Below, in pieces: positions 7,090 through 16,768 of a stretch of 64,000 nt of DNA; the stretch's first letter is position 1; every line of letters starts with the position of its first letter. Source of the stretch: a virus; the IMG/VR virus record IMGVR_UViG_3300032284_002783, positions 12,658-76,657 of that record; one strand, 5' to 3'. The position numbers and the translations under genes were made by a program. The notes beneath the pieces were generated by a model that searched no databases, was not told where the DNA came from, and was given only the letters and a program-made list of their open reading frames with translations.

Positions 7090-8497
7090 GGGCTGGTTCC
7101 ATTTGCTTTTTGCGATAATCTTCAATAGCAGCTTTAATAGCATCTTCAGCTAACACGCTGCAGTGTATTTTTACTGGTGGCAGGCTTAAATGCTGAGCGA
7201 TATCTGTATTTCTAATACTAGCTGCTTCGTCTAGAGTTTTACCTTTAACCCATTCAGTTACTAGGCTTGACGCCGCAATCGCTGAACCACAGTTATGAGA
7301 ACCAACCCTATTTGAGAAAAAAACATGAGCACCATCGTCTAATTTTAAATCATATACTATTACAGTCTTACCGTCGCGTTCACATCCTCGTAATTGATTT
7401 AGGTGAGTAATTGGCGAGATGTTGACTATTTTGATTCCGTTATGTATAAAATTTTGTACTTTTGGTAGTGCAGTTTCTATATCTTCTATTGCTAAAAATA
7501 ATGAATCGTATCCAGCAGTTGCAAGTTGTTGGCGGCGTTGCTCTACATAATTAGATTCCTCAGACCTATCTTGCATAAATTTAGGCATACGTTTTGTGTA
7601 AACTTCTATGCATTTTTTCTTACCGGGAACGATAAAGTCTGGACTAGCAGGACCATTTATGGTTTGAATCCAAATTTTGCCAGCACTCCACACTGCTGCT
7701 ACATTGTTTTCTTCAAATAAATTAATATATGTTTGTTCGATGCTAGTAGGTAAAGACCAATCACGGCGTGACATACCTTCCTGCCATTTTTTAATGTACT
7801 CACTATCTTGCCATTTTTTTAGGCTCGCTTCACGTTGTTTCTTTTTCATTGTTACCGGATCTTTACATATGAATCCGGGTTGGTTTTGTGGTAATACAGA
7901 ATGATCAAAATTTTTGTTCCATTCTTTCATTCTAACACTACTTTTTTCTTTAAAATTAGCACGATGTCTAATGTTAGTTAATATTCTTAATTCGTGTTCA
8001 GTTATTTCATATAGTTCTTGACCAACCTGTAGTTGTTGAGCTTCAACCGGTTGATTATTTGCATTCCAAAATATATGTTCTTTTGTGCAAATTAGAGAGA
8101 ATGTGCCAGCATTGATATTTTTTCGGCTGGATTTACGTCTAAAAGTAACAACTAATAAATCATTAATGTCAACAGAATGCTTGATAATATCTCTTATTTT
8201 TTGATTAACAATTCTTTCGCCATTCCAAGCCAGTACTTCGTCTCCTATATTTAAATCTTTGATTTTTTTAACACAGGTTGGTGTATTAATTGGAGCATTG
8301 CTGGTCAAGCAACCAAATGTTTTGAACTTAGCATCTTCAATAAGTCCTTCTGGACTTACTTTGATTTGCAGCTTCATAACATCTCCGCAAGCCGGAGCTC
8401 CTACTAAACCGGTTCCAACATTAGAATCTAGTTTATCAAGTGATCCTATATTTCTAGGATTTTCATAATGATCTATTAGCCTACTGCTGTATGTCAT
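7055..8497 (-). CDS. iscU: Fe-S scaffold IscU interrupted by an intein
   Basis: YSSRLIDHYENPRN..GAPACGDVM..FKTFG|intein|CGSAIAASS..LPPVKIHCSVLAEDA; 140 aa after splicing. Confidence 0.95.
   Translation of the reverse strand: MTYSSRLIDHYENPRNIGSLDKLDSNVGTGLVGAPACGDVMKLQIKVSPEGLIEDAKFKTFGCLTSNAPINTPTCVKKIKDLNIGDEVLAWNGERIVNQKIRDIIKHSVDINDLLVVTFRRKSSRKNINAGTFSLICTKEHIFWNANNQPVEAQQLQVGQELYEITEHELRILTNIRHRANFKEKSSVRMKEWNKNFDHSVLPQNQPGFICKDPVTMKKKQREASLKKWQDSEYIKKWQEGMSRRDWSLPTSIEQTYINLFEENNVAAVWSAGKIWIQTINGPASPDFIVPGKKKCIEVYTKRMPKFMQDRSEESNYVEQRRQQLATAGYDSLFLAIEDIETALPKVQNFIHNGIKIVNISPITHLNQLRGCERDGKTVIVYDLKLDDGAHVFFSNRVGSHNCGSAIAASSLVTEWVKGKTLDEAASIRNTDIAQHLSLPPVKIHCSVLAEDAIKAAIEDYRKKQMEPAHEESSSATTGN
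7292..8311 (-). mobile_element. 340-aa intein with an internal PD-(D/E)XK/Vsr-like endonuclease domain
   Basis: Starts CL; block B CTKEHIF; block F VYDLKL; ends SHN followed by Cys+1; internal PTSIEQ..SPDFIV..KCIEVY; no LAGLIDADG motif seen. Confidence 0.9.
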
Positions 8498-8505
8498 AAA
8501 AATAT

Positions 8506-8826
8506 TTATGCTTCTTCAATTTCACAGCGAAGTGGGAAGTTGTTAGTCCTAGCACTTAAAATAGTTTCATCACGCTTTTGTGTTGCAACTTCATGGCTGT
8601 ATGTGCCTGCGATACCACGACCAGTTTCATGGATGCGTAGTGTTAGGCTGCTAGCATCATCAAAGCTTTTATGGAAAATATTCATCAACACAAGAATAAC
8701 GAATTCAACCGTGGTGCTGTCATCATTGTACAGCACCACGTTGAACATACCAGGCGCACGCATGGTTACTTTTGTAGTAGTGTCAGTTTGTTCTACGGTA
8801 TCAATAGCAGCCACGCATGCCTCCAA
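8506..8826 (-). CDS. clpS: ClpS N-end-rule adaptor
   Basis: VVLYNDDSTTVEFV..IHETGRGIAGTYSHEVA..FPLRCEIE. Confidence 0.9.
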   Translation of the reverse strand: MEACVAAIDTVEQTDTTTKVTMRAPGMFNVVLYNDDSTTVEFVILVLMNIFHKSFDDASSLTLRIHETGRGIAGTYSHEVATQKRDETILSARTNNFPLRCEIEEA

Positions 8827-8828
8827 TA

Positions 8829-9305
8829 TTAGTCTTTTTTACCTTCAATCAAATTGCCGGTTGGATTAGTTCCAATGGCAATCTTTCGAGGCTTCATTGC
8901 TTCGGGTAGCTCATATGCAAAGTCAATAGTGAGCACACCATCTGACAGGTTACTAGTTGTTACCTGAATGTATGCATTCAAGTAAAAAGTACGACGGAAG
9001 CTACGTCCAGCAATACCCTTGTAAAGATATTTCTTATTATCTTCCTTGGCGATTTTGCCTTCAATAGTTAGTACGCCGTCCTGCAGTGTGATATTGATAT
9101 CATCTGCAGTAAATCCTGCCACTGCCATACTTAGACGATAGTTATTTTCGTCAATCTGCTCTAGATCGTATGGTGGATAGCTTGTACCAGCTGAATTTCT
9201 CACCTGATCAAGCATACGGAAAGTAGGTTCAAAACCTACGGCCACACGATTGAGATCACGAAAAATATCGTCAAAGTAATCAGTCATTGTAGTAAGTCCT
9301 CGCAT
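8829..9305 (-). CDS. Small heat-shock protein Hsp20 (IbpA-like)
   Basis: YPPYDL..YRLSMAVAGF..YLYKGIAGRSFRRTF..LSDGVLTI..PEAMKPRKI. Confidence 0.92.
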   Translation of the reverse strand: MRGLTTMTDYFDDIFRDLNRVAVGFEPTFRMLDQVRNSAGTSYPPYDLEQIDENNYRLSMAVAGFTADDINITLQDGVLTIEGKIAKEDNKKYLYKGIAGRSFRRTFYLNAYIQVTTSNLSDGVLTIDFAYELPEAMKPRKIAIGTNPTGNLIEGKKD

Positions 9306-9414
9306 GTTTACCTCCTATATTAAGCGAAGTATATTAGTGAAACCCTTTTAGGCATCTCACTGGCTAGATTTTATCTAGCACTGTATATATAAGCATAACT
9401 AGGTACAGTGTCAA
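9306..9414 (-). promoter_or_regulatory. hsp20 promoter and ROSE-like RNA thermometer leader
   Basis: TTGACA-17-TATATA (9414-9386); two hairpins (GCTAGAT-aaa-ATCTAGC; AGTGA..TCACT); then CTTCGCTT-aatat-AGGAGG (UCGCU opposite the SD). Confidence 0.6.
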
Positions 9415-9420
9415 GAGCTG

Positions 9421-9735
9421 TTAGTCGTTTTTTGGCAAATCAATAGGTGATTTGTTAATTACCTTTTGTGTCTTAGGCTTTTTCTTACGAGGGGTTTCAA
9501 TTTCCATAATCTGAGCGTACTTTTTCTTCCAACGAAGTTTAGCTTCACTCATTCTTTGACGCTTTAGAACACTCTGTGGTGTAAAGTTTTTACGCTTACG
9601 CAGTTCTTTATTCACACCTTCGCTATTCATTCTGCGCTTTAGCTGCGCCATAGCACCTTCTAAATTACCGTTCTTTACAATTACAGTCATACCCTTTTTA
9701 CGTACACCAGGTTCGTCGTTCATATCATTCTCCAT
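9421..9735 (-). CDS. rpsU: Ribosomal protein bS21
   Basis: VIVKNGNLEGAMAQLKRRMNSEGVNKELRKRKNF..S..KR pattern. Confidence 0.85.
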   Translation of the reverse strand: MENDMNDEPGVRKKGMTVIVKNGNLEGAMAQLKRRMNSEGVNKELRKRKNFTPQSVLKRQRMSEAKLRWKKKYAQIMEIETPRKKKPKTQKVINKSPIDLPKND

Positions 9736-9771
9736 AGGTTGTATCCTTTTACAATTTATTTTGAAAGAAAT

Positions 9772-10350
9772 CTATTTATTTTTTGGCATTGCGGAAACGA
9801 TTGCCAATATAGATTTTCCATCTAGTGTAGGAGCTTTTTCAACTCTACATTCTCCAAGACCTGCTAAAAAGTTTTCCATTATAGCGAAGCCTTTATCTGT
9901 GAAACTTAGCTCACGACCTTTAAACTTGATCACAATTCGTACCTTAACTTCATCAGCTAAAAATTCTTTAGCATGATTAATTTTAATCTCAAGATCGTGT
10001 GTGTCTGTTACAGGACGAAGTTGTATTTCTTTTACTACAGTGGCATTTTCGCGTGCCTTCTTTTCCTGTTCTTTTCTAGCACGTTTTAAGCTATACACAT
10101 GCTTGCCAATATCGACTATCTTAACCACAGGAGGTTTAGCCTCAGCTGTAATTTCAACCAGATCTAACCCCTGATCTCTAGCCATTTTAAGTGCTGCCTT
10201 GGCATTTACAACGCCTAGGCTGTTACCTTCTGCATCTAGCAATCTTACTTCAGGATATCTAATTTGCTCATTGCAAACCAGCCCGGCACGTACAGGATCT
10301 TCATATCTGCGTGCAGATTTAAAATTTGGATTTATATACCTATTGTTCAA
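9772..10350 (-). CDS. infC: Translation initiation factor IF3
   Basis: NEQIRYPEVRLL..GLDLVEI..AKPPVVKI..VKEIQLRP..HDLEIK..FKGRE. Confidence 0.95.
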   Translation of the reverse strand: MNNRYINPNFKSARRYEDPVRAGLVCNEQIRYPEVRLLDAEGNSLGVVNAKAALKMARDQGLDLVEITAEAKPPVVKIVDIGKHVYSLKRARKEQEKKARENATVVKEIQLRPVTDTHDLEIKINHAKEFLADEVKVRIVIKFKGRELSFTDKGFAIMENFLAGLGECRVEKAPTLDGKSILAIVSAMPKNK

Positions 10351-11588
10351 GATGCTTCTCCAGTAGCTTGGCTAAAAACTTTTAATGGTTTATTCATATT
10401 TTCCACAGTCTCCTTTGTAATACATACTTTCCTTACTCCTTCTTTGTAAAGGCTAGGTAGCTCAAATTGAATATCAACAAGTATATTCTCAATGATACTT
10501 CTTAGGCCTCTTGCACCAGTCTTTCTTGCCATTGCCTGTGCAGCAATTGCTTGCAGACTTTCTTTTGTAAACTCTAATTCAATTTTGTCAAGTGAAAAGA
10601 GTTTTTGAAATTGTTTAACTAATGCATTTTTTGGCTTTGACAAAATTTTAATTAATGCGTCTTCATTCAAATCCTCAAATGCAACAATAATTGGCAAACG
10701 TCCTATCATTTCAGGAATGATTCCAAACTTTACCAAATCTTCTCCTTTGACTTGTTTTATTAAGTCATAGTTGGATGTAGTTGTGTCTGGCATTTTGATG
10801 CTGGCATTGAAACCAATCGAAGTATCGTTTTCTCCAACCCTGCGTTCAATTATTTTATCCAGTCCTTCAAACGCACCGCCAACAATAAACAGGATTTGCT
10901 TAGTATTAATTGTTACAAACTCAGCGTTGGGATTTTTGCGACCGCCGTTTGGTTGTACTTTTACATCACATCCTTCGATCATCTTAAGCAGAGCTTGCTG
11001 CACACCTTCGCCGCTTACATCGCGTGTGATTGATGTGTTTTCGCTCTTTCGACCTTTTTTGTCAATTTCGTCAATATAAACAATGCCGCGTTCAGTCTTG
11101 GCAATATCTTGCTCAGCAGCTTGATAAAGTTTAGCGATGCAGTCTTCTACGTCCAACCCCACATAACCACTTTCAGTTAAACTAGTAGCGTCTACAATTG
11201 CCAATGGCAGATCCAACATTCGAGCAACAGTTTGAATAGTATAAGTTTTACCTGTACCACTGCCACCGATAAAGATCATATTACTTTTATCAATTTCAAC
11301 TCCGTCAATAACAGGATTATTGATTCGTTTGAAATGATTGTAGATAGCTACTGCTAGAGTTTTCTTAGCATAATCTTGCCCAACTACATACTCATCTAAC
11401 TTATTTTTAATAACCTGTGGATGAGCTTCGGTTTCTTTAACAATCTTTGGCTTTTCTTGTTTGATTATTTCGTACGATAGAACGATACATTCGTCGCAAA
11501 TGTATACGTCATTGCCTGCCACAAGTTTGCTTACTTGAGTTTGATTTTTTTCGCAGAAACTGCAAGAATGAATAATTTTATTAGTCAT
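10347..11588 (-). CDS. clpX: ClpX AAA+ unfoldase
   Basis: CSFC..CDEC zinc domain, [12 protein letters not shown] pore loop, [24 protein letters not shown] loop, TGARGLRSI. Confidence 0.97.
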   Translation of the reverse strand: MTNKIIHSCSFCEKNQTQVSKLVAGNDVYICDECIVLSYEIIKQEKPKIVKETEAHPQVIKNKLDEYVVGQDYAKKTLAVAIYNHFKRINNPVIDGVEIDKSNMIFIGGSGTGKTYTIQTVARMLDLPLAIVDATSLTESGYVGLDVEDCIAKLYQAAEQDIAKTERGIVYIDEIDKKGRKSENTSITRDVSGEGVQQALLKMIEGCDVKVQPNGGRKNPNAEFVTINTKQILFIVGGAFEGLDKIIERRVGENDTSIGFNASIKMPDTTTSNYDLIKQVKGEDLVKFGIIPEMIGRLPIIVAFEDLNEDALIKILSKPKNALVKQFQKLFSLDKIELEFTKESLQAIAAQAMARKTGARGLRSIIENILVDIQFELPSLYKEGVRKVCITKETVENMNKPLKVFSQATGEAS

Positions 11589-11597
11589 GTGTCCTTC

Positions 11598-13157
11598 TTA
11601 ATGCTTATATCCATAGTATTCACGATTTGAATCGTACCGTTGAATTGGCTTATTTCTCGATATGCGTTCAATTACATCATCGGCATCAAATTTTATTTGT
11701 GCCGGAGAATTTTCTGGCTTATCCTGCATTAAGAGTTTAACTTCCTGTTTAATATCATTGCTTATAGTTGATTGTAGCACAGCAGCATTTTCTGTCAAGT
11801 CTTCCGTGACAAAAGATATTTGAGTTTTTTCTGGTTCAATATTTTTGATTGTTGTTTCTATCTGTTCTATTTGAGTTTTTTGTTCAATAGGTTCTTCTGG
11901 CTTGGGTTTTGTATCTGTAAAATTTGCAGAATTTTGCCCGTCTTCTTGTACTGTTGGCGTCGGTGGCGTTTGTATGTTATTACTCGGCGGAGTTGATGAT
12001 TTGACTGCTTTTACAAAGCCCAAATTTGCTGCAATTAACATCAGCACAGCCAAAGGATCAAAAACAAATATAATAACTAGAATCATCCAAGTAACGGATT
12101 TTTCTAAAATGTTTTTATCGGCCTCTGTATTATATATAAAGTTTGCTAGATACTTAATAGGGCCAACTTCGGCTTCAAGTTTTCGATATGAAGATTCCAG
12201 GGTAAATTTTTTCTCATTAATTGAGTCAATTTCTTGGTTGCTTTTTTTAATTATAGTTTGCTGTTCAGTAATAAGTGAGCTGATATCTTCTACTTTTGTT
12301 TTACCTACTTGTTCTCTTAAACGATTAATCAATCTATTAGACTCTGCTACCTGATTTTCTACAGATTGTCTAATTCGAGCAATTTCTTCTCGTGCCAATT
12401 TAACACTGGTATTATTTTTATTAATTTCTTCAAGTTTACTAACCAGGGCTGTTTTCTCTTCTTTTTTACCCTGCTGCCATTGCTTAACTGCCGCAGCAGT
12501 GCCTGGTCCAAATTCGCCATCGGCTTTAGTACCTACTAGCCCCTGTGCCTTGGTTATCTCTTTAGCATCTATATATTTTTGTAGTTGTTCTTGCTGATGA
12601 TCTATTTCAGCTATTTGATCTGTAATTATTTTACTTTGTGAATCGATTATTTTGCTCTGTTCATCAATTAAAGGTTGAGCTCTTTTATATGCTTCGTCTA
12701 TACGTTTTTGTTCAGTATCAATTTGACTTTGAATGTTTACATCGCTGCCTGTTCCCACAGTTTCAAGTTGTTTTAATTTCTGTTCGGCTCGCTCTATACT
12801 GTTTTTATTTCTAGATATTTCGTTTTCATAGCGTTCAATTGTAGCTAGATTTTCTTTCATCTGGCTTGTTTGTTCAACATGGGCCTTGCTTAGAAATCCA
12901 AAAATACCAATACTGGTTATTATCATTAAAATAACCACAGCCGATGTTAGATATGTTTTTAATAAAAATGGTACTTTATCCCAACTTCTATATAACCAGC
13001 TGCTAAGTACTATCTTACTTGCTTCCAGCAACCCTCCCATGATTACCACAGGCCAAAATGCACCGGCAAATATTGTTGCTAAACCAAATACACTATAATA
13101 GGCTGCAACTGTGCTGAGACATAAAGCACAGATTAACAATAGAAAGTTTATAAACAT
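11598..13157 (-). CDS. Membrane-anchored coiled-coil protein with a peptidoglycan-binding motif
   Basis: N-terminal TM helices, long coiled coil, ADGEFGPGTAAAVKQWQ motif, C-terminal TM (FVFDPLAVLMLIAA). Confidence 0.6.
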   Translation of the reverse strand: MFINFLLLICALCLSTVAAYYSVFGLATIFAGAFWPVVIMGGLLEASKIVLSSWLYRSWDKVPFLLKTYLTSAVVILMIITSIGIFGFLSKAHVEQTSQMKENLATIERYENEISRNKNSIERAEQKLKQLETVGTGSDVNIQSQIDTEQKRIDEAYKRAQPLIDEQSKIIDSQSKIITDQIAEIDHQQEQLQKYIDAKEITKAQGLVGTKADGEFGPGTAAAVKQWQQGKKEEKTALVSKLEEINKNNTSVKLAREEIARIRQSVENQVAESNRLINRLREQVGKTKVEDISSLITEQQTIIKKSNQEIDSINEKKFTLESSYRKLEAEVGPIKYLANFIYNTEADKNILEKSVTWMILVIIFVFDPLAVLMLIAANLGFVKAVKSSTPPSNNIQTPPTPTVQEDGQNSANFTDTKPKPEEPIEQKTQIEQIETTIKNIEPEKTQISFVTEDLTENAAVLQSTISNDIKQEVKLLMQDKPENSPAQIKFDADDVIERISRNKPIQRYDSNREYYGYKH

Positions 13158-13160
13158 AAT

Positions 13161-13565
13161 TTATTTAGAGATTTTGCCGGTACCAACTTCTATGAAATCG
13201 TGCTCGCGGTCTAAAAATTTGTATCCTGCAGAAATTACATCAAAGTGCTGGCCAATGAAGTCTAATACTTCTTCTACATTAAATGGTGCACAGCTATACA
13301 GGTCAAATTGCATCTTGCTATTGTTTGGTTCTGGCAAATTCCATATATGCATTGTGCAATGACTTGTGGTAAGAATCACTGTAGATGTAATTCCTTCATT
13401 ACCTAAATCATCACACCATGCAGTTACAGGGTCGATCATAATTCTCATTCTTACATGATTGACCATGCCTTTCATAAATTCAGTTACAAAATTACACTGG
13501 TTGGGACCAGGAGGATTTTTAATATCAGCATTAATCAAAAGGTGCAAGTGCGCTGTTGGTTTCAC
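13161..13565 (-). CDS. S-adenosylmethionine decarboxylase-family pyruvoyl enzyme
   Basis: HLLIN..GITSTVILTTSHCTMHIW..FDLYSC. Confidence 0.8.
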   Translation of the reverse strand: MKPTAHLHLLINADIKNPPGPNQCNFVTEFMKGMVNHVRMRIMIDPVTAWCDDLGNEGITSTVILTTSHCTMHIWNLPEPNNSKMQFDLYSCAPFNVEEVLDFIGQHFDVISAGYKFLDREHDFIEVGTGKISK

Positions 13566-13579
13566 CTCTAGTATCCTCC

Positions 13580-14725
13580 TTAGACGCCAGATATTTGTGT
13601 TACAGTAATATTTTGTTCAACAGTGGCTATCTTTGTCAATGTATCAACACCGGTTGCGGTAATAGTTTCAATTCTTGCAGCGTTTGGTCTATTGGCAAAT
13701 GCTCCATATGCAGCAAGTGTCGGATCAAATACTTTTCTATTGCTTTGTAATGTTGATACCATGGCTCTTGCCACAGCTCTTTTTACTGCAGCCGGGCCAA
13801 CAAGAACATTTCCTGCATCTGGTTCTGTGCTTCTAGCAACAGTAACAACCTGATCAGGATGCTCATACCCTACTGTAAACTGGAAAGTTGCACATGTTCC
13901 ATTACCATTAAGATTGCCTGTACGTACAACATTCCCCATAAAGAATGGAGTGGAGAATTGTTCCATTTCACTAACTGCCTGTACCCAACGCATGTTAGCA
14001 CGTTCTTTGTTTTCACTTTCTACTAGTGTGATTGGATATCCGCCATAGTTGCCAACAGGGAATCCAAGCTTGGTTACTGCATTACCACTATTAATTGCCC
14101 ATGGTTGACCATTGACATTAGTAAGTTGAAGTTTGTTTGCAGCTGGTTGTGCAGCAACACTAGTGCTAGGAGTGTAAGAGTTAAGCTGACTAACAACACT
14201 AGCTAGGTTACCTGCAGTAAACACAATGTTGATACCGTTAATGACTACATTATCTCCGGTACCAACTGATGTAAAGCTACCACCAACAACGTTTGGAAAA
14301 TTTTGATATGTATTTGCGGTTAGCCCAAGCTTAGATAATGCACTGCCATTTCCTTCGGCTAGGTAAAATGCTGAACCTTCTGATCCTGGTGCGTTGGCCA
14401 AAGTTATGTAAGTTGATGCAATACGCTGATCAGCAATAATATTTGTAAATTTTGATACGGAATTAATTTTTTGAATAACCGCTGCAAGGTTCATGCTGCT
14501 GTCAAATATAATTGTATATCCATTTATGATGATAGTTTCACCGTCATTCATTACATTTGTGGTTATTGCAACTGTACCAGTTACATGAACTAATCTGTTA
14601 TAATTTAGGGCTGTAGTACTATCTAAACCCCCGGCTTGATTACCGCCTAGAGACGTGTAATCATTAGGAGTAGTATCACTCCAAGTTACTTGATAATATG
14701 TAGGGTCTAGTGAAAAAGTAGTCAT
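13580..14725 (-). CDS. Probable virion structural protein
   Basis: G/N/T-rich, duplicated G..IxING..I.F...LA.V...IN module; late promoter at 14755-14760. Confidence 0.55.
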   Translation of the reverse strand: MTTFSLDPTYYQVTWSDTTPNDYTSLGGNQAGGLDSTTALNYNRLVHVTGTVAITTNVMNDGETIIINGYTIIFDSSMNLAAVIQKINSVSKFTNIIADQRIASTYITLANAPGSEGSAFYLAEGNGSALSKLGLTANTYQNFPNVVGGSFTSVGTGDNVVINGINIVFTAGNLASVVSQLNSYTPSTSVAAQPAANKLQLTNVNGQPWAINSGNAVTKLGFPVGNYGGYPITLVESENKERANMRWVQAVSEMEQFSTPFFMGNVVRTGNLNGNGTCATFQFTVGYEHPDQVVTVARSTEPDAGNVLVGPAAVKRAVARAMVSTLQSNRKVFDPTLAAYGAFANRPNAARIETITATGVDTLTKIATVEQNITVTQISGV

Positions 14726-14789
14726 ACTTCAATCCTTTGTATATTTGATTTAATTATTTATACAAAAGAATAAGATGTACTGGGTTTTT

Positions 14790-15224
14790 CTAAACGAAAA
14801 ATTCAATATGCGGCGTTGTTCCAATCCAGCCTTGTCCGGTTGTGTAGAGTACTCTGTTAATATTGTGCTCTTTAATAGCACGAGAACATCCTTCACAGGG
14901 CATGCTTATAGCCGGATTTCCTGCATGTGTAAGACGAAGTATATACATGGTGCTACGGTCAAACAAATGTTGCAGATCTCGTTTTAGAGAATTGTTAATC
15001 GCAGCCGTTTCTGCGTGCCAAAAAACAGCATGCGGATTTTTGCGATATCTAGCCTGAAACGGGTGTGTCTTGCTGCTGTTATAACCAATGCTTAACACCT
15101 CACCTCTGTGAGCCAAAATAGCACAAACTCTAGCGCCAGCATGAGGCGTAGAGTCCTGTGCAAGCTTAAGAGCTAGACGCACAAACCAAAGATCTCTATC
15201 AGAAATATCCGTAGATTTATACAT
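14790..15224 (-). CDS. Cytidine/dCMP deaminase-family protein
   Basis: SIGYN..HAE..PCEGC zinc motif. Confidence 0.8.
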   Translation of the reverse strand: MYKSTDISDRDLWFVRLALKLAQDSTPHAGARVCAILAHRGEVLSIGYNSSKTHPFQARYRKNPHAVFWHAETAAINNSLKRDLQHLFDRSTMYILRLTHAGNPAISMPCEGCSRAIKEHNINRVLYTTGQGWIGTTPHIEFFV

Positions 15225-16041
15225 CTAGCTCAACATATTGCCAATTACGGTTTTCCATAGGATAACCCACAGGATTACAAACGTAATTCATATTTGCAAT
15301 AGTTTTCCAGCTACCATAATGTGTATGCCCGTAGCACCAATATTTGATTTTTGGATCACAGACATCTTCCATCATGGTATTAACAAACATACCGTGTAGT
15401 TTGGTCCACGAAATATCTTGTGGTCTCAATACACTAAGTTGCCTATGTGGCAGATGATGCGTTACCACAACCACAGACTCCGGCGAATTGTTTACAGTGT
15501 TGATGATATATTCGCGATCTTTTTTAGCTGCATCTTCCACCGACCAAGGATCAGCACCTTTTTGGTCCCACATAATCCTACTGTCATGGGTCTGCATCCA
15601 TTCGAATATTTGATCACCTTTGCTGAAAGGTTCTCCAGCTACAAAATCATGCCATCCCGTTGCGCCAACAAAGCGTACTCCGTCGATCACAACAGAGTTA
15701 TGGTTTAGATAATGAATGCCGTGCGACGCACTCCATTTAGCATAATGCTGATGGATTTCATCAACCGTTTTTGGATATGGATAAAGTTTTTCAACATCCG
15801 GATTAAAGATTCTAGTACGATGAAAGCCAACATTATAAAAATCATGATTGCCGGCTACCCAAATTACATTAGCCCAGGAGTCTTTCAACGATTTAATCCA
15901 TTTACACGTAATCCAAATATCATTGCTGATATCCCCGGCGACCACTATGGTATTGCAATCAGGAGAAGCCGGACTCAGCCTATCCGGATCCCATGCGGTG
16001 ATGTCAACATGGACATCGGATATCAGTGTAAATTTCATCAT
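15217..16041 (-). CDS. Calcineurin-like metallophosphoesterase
   Basis: DVH, AGD, GNHD, THH, GHTH motifs. Confidence 0.9.
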   Translation of the reverse strand: MMKFTLISDVHVDITAWDPDRLSPASPDCNTIVVAGDISNDIWITCKWIKSLKDSWANVIWVAGNHDFYNVGFHRTRIFNPDVEKLYPYPKTVDEIHQHYAKWSASHGIHYLNHNSVVIDGVRFVGATGWHDFVAGEPFSKGDQIFEWMQTHDSRIMWDQKGADPWSVEDAAKKDREYIINTVNNSPESVVVVTHHLPHRQLSVLRPQDISWTKLHGMFVNTMMEDVCDPKIKYWCYGHTHYGSWKTIANMNYVCNPVGYPMENRNWQYVELDV

Positions 16042-16078
16042 ACAACTATAGCATACTTGTTTATAAGGTCAAAGTTTT

Positions 16079-16666
16079 TTATTTGAAAAACAAATGACTG
16101 CCTATTCTTATCGAATTACGGCCTCCGCCAACACTGTGGTGATTGAAATAGATCGCGCCGTTACTTGGATCAGCTAGTTCTCCGCGATAAACCTTGTATG
16201 CCGTAAGCTGAACCTTTTGCCATGTCTCGTATTCAATTCGCCATTTTGGCGAAATATTAAATCCTGCCCAAATGAATTGGTATGCCTTGCGTCCATTTAC
16301 ATAATTATATTGAAAAACATTTTCACAGATATCGGCACTCCAATGCTGAACCTTTGTTCTATTAATTGGTACATGTGCTACAGCTATTTGTTCGTTAACC
16401 GTGCCACCCCTTGCTTCAAAATAAAGATTCCATGCTAAACATTCAACATTTTCTTTGTCAGCGTTTGTTAAATCTTTTGTTTGATCTATATTCAAAGGTA
16501 GAACTTCTCGCAAAACAGGAACCAATTTTTTATCATATAAAATTGATTGCTCGGCTGCTGATGTTTGCAATGGAAAAACGCACGCATATATGATTATTAA
16601 ACAGAGAATTTTTAAAAATAATTTCATTAAGATCCTTATTAGTCGGAGGCTGGAATTTTTTTCCAA
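16079..16666 (-). CDS. Cell-wall hydrolase (SleB/Hydrolase_2)
   Basis: Signal-like N-terminus; CLAWNLYFEARG..QIAVA..NR..YQF.W..DPSNGAIYF..IGSHLFF; start may be MKLFLK at 16627. Confidence 0.85.
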   Translation of the reverse strand: MEKNSSLRLIRILMKLFLKILCLIIIYACVFPLQTSAAEQSILYDKKLVPVLREVLPLNIDQTKDLTNADKENVECLAWNLYFEARGGTVNEQIAVAHVPINRTKVQHWSADICENVFQYNYVNGRKAYQFIWAGFNISPKWRIEYETWQKVQLTAYKVYRGELADPSNGAIYFNHHSVGGGRNSIRIGSHLFFK

Positions 16667-16768
16667 TCAAATAAAATATACTATGATATTCACCGACCGT
16701 TGTGTTGGTGATATTATTTAAAAATCACGTTTGTGACTTAAAACTCAGTATAACTTAACTGAGTATTT

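Noticed and set aside
8506-11588. Bacterial chromosome contamination (clpX, infC, rpsU, clpS)
   Set aside because: Gene order is not bacterial, base composition matches the flanks, and the block is continuous with T4-like genes and TAAATA late promoters
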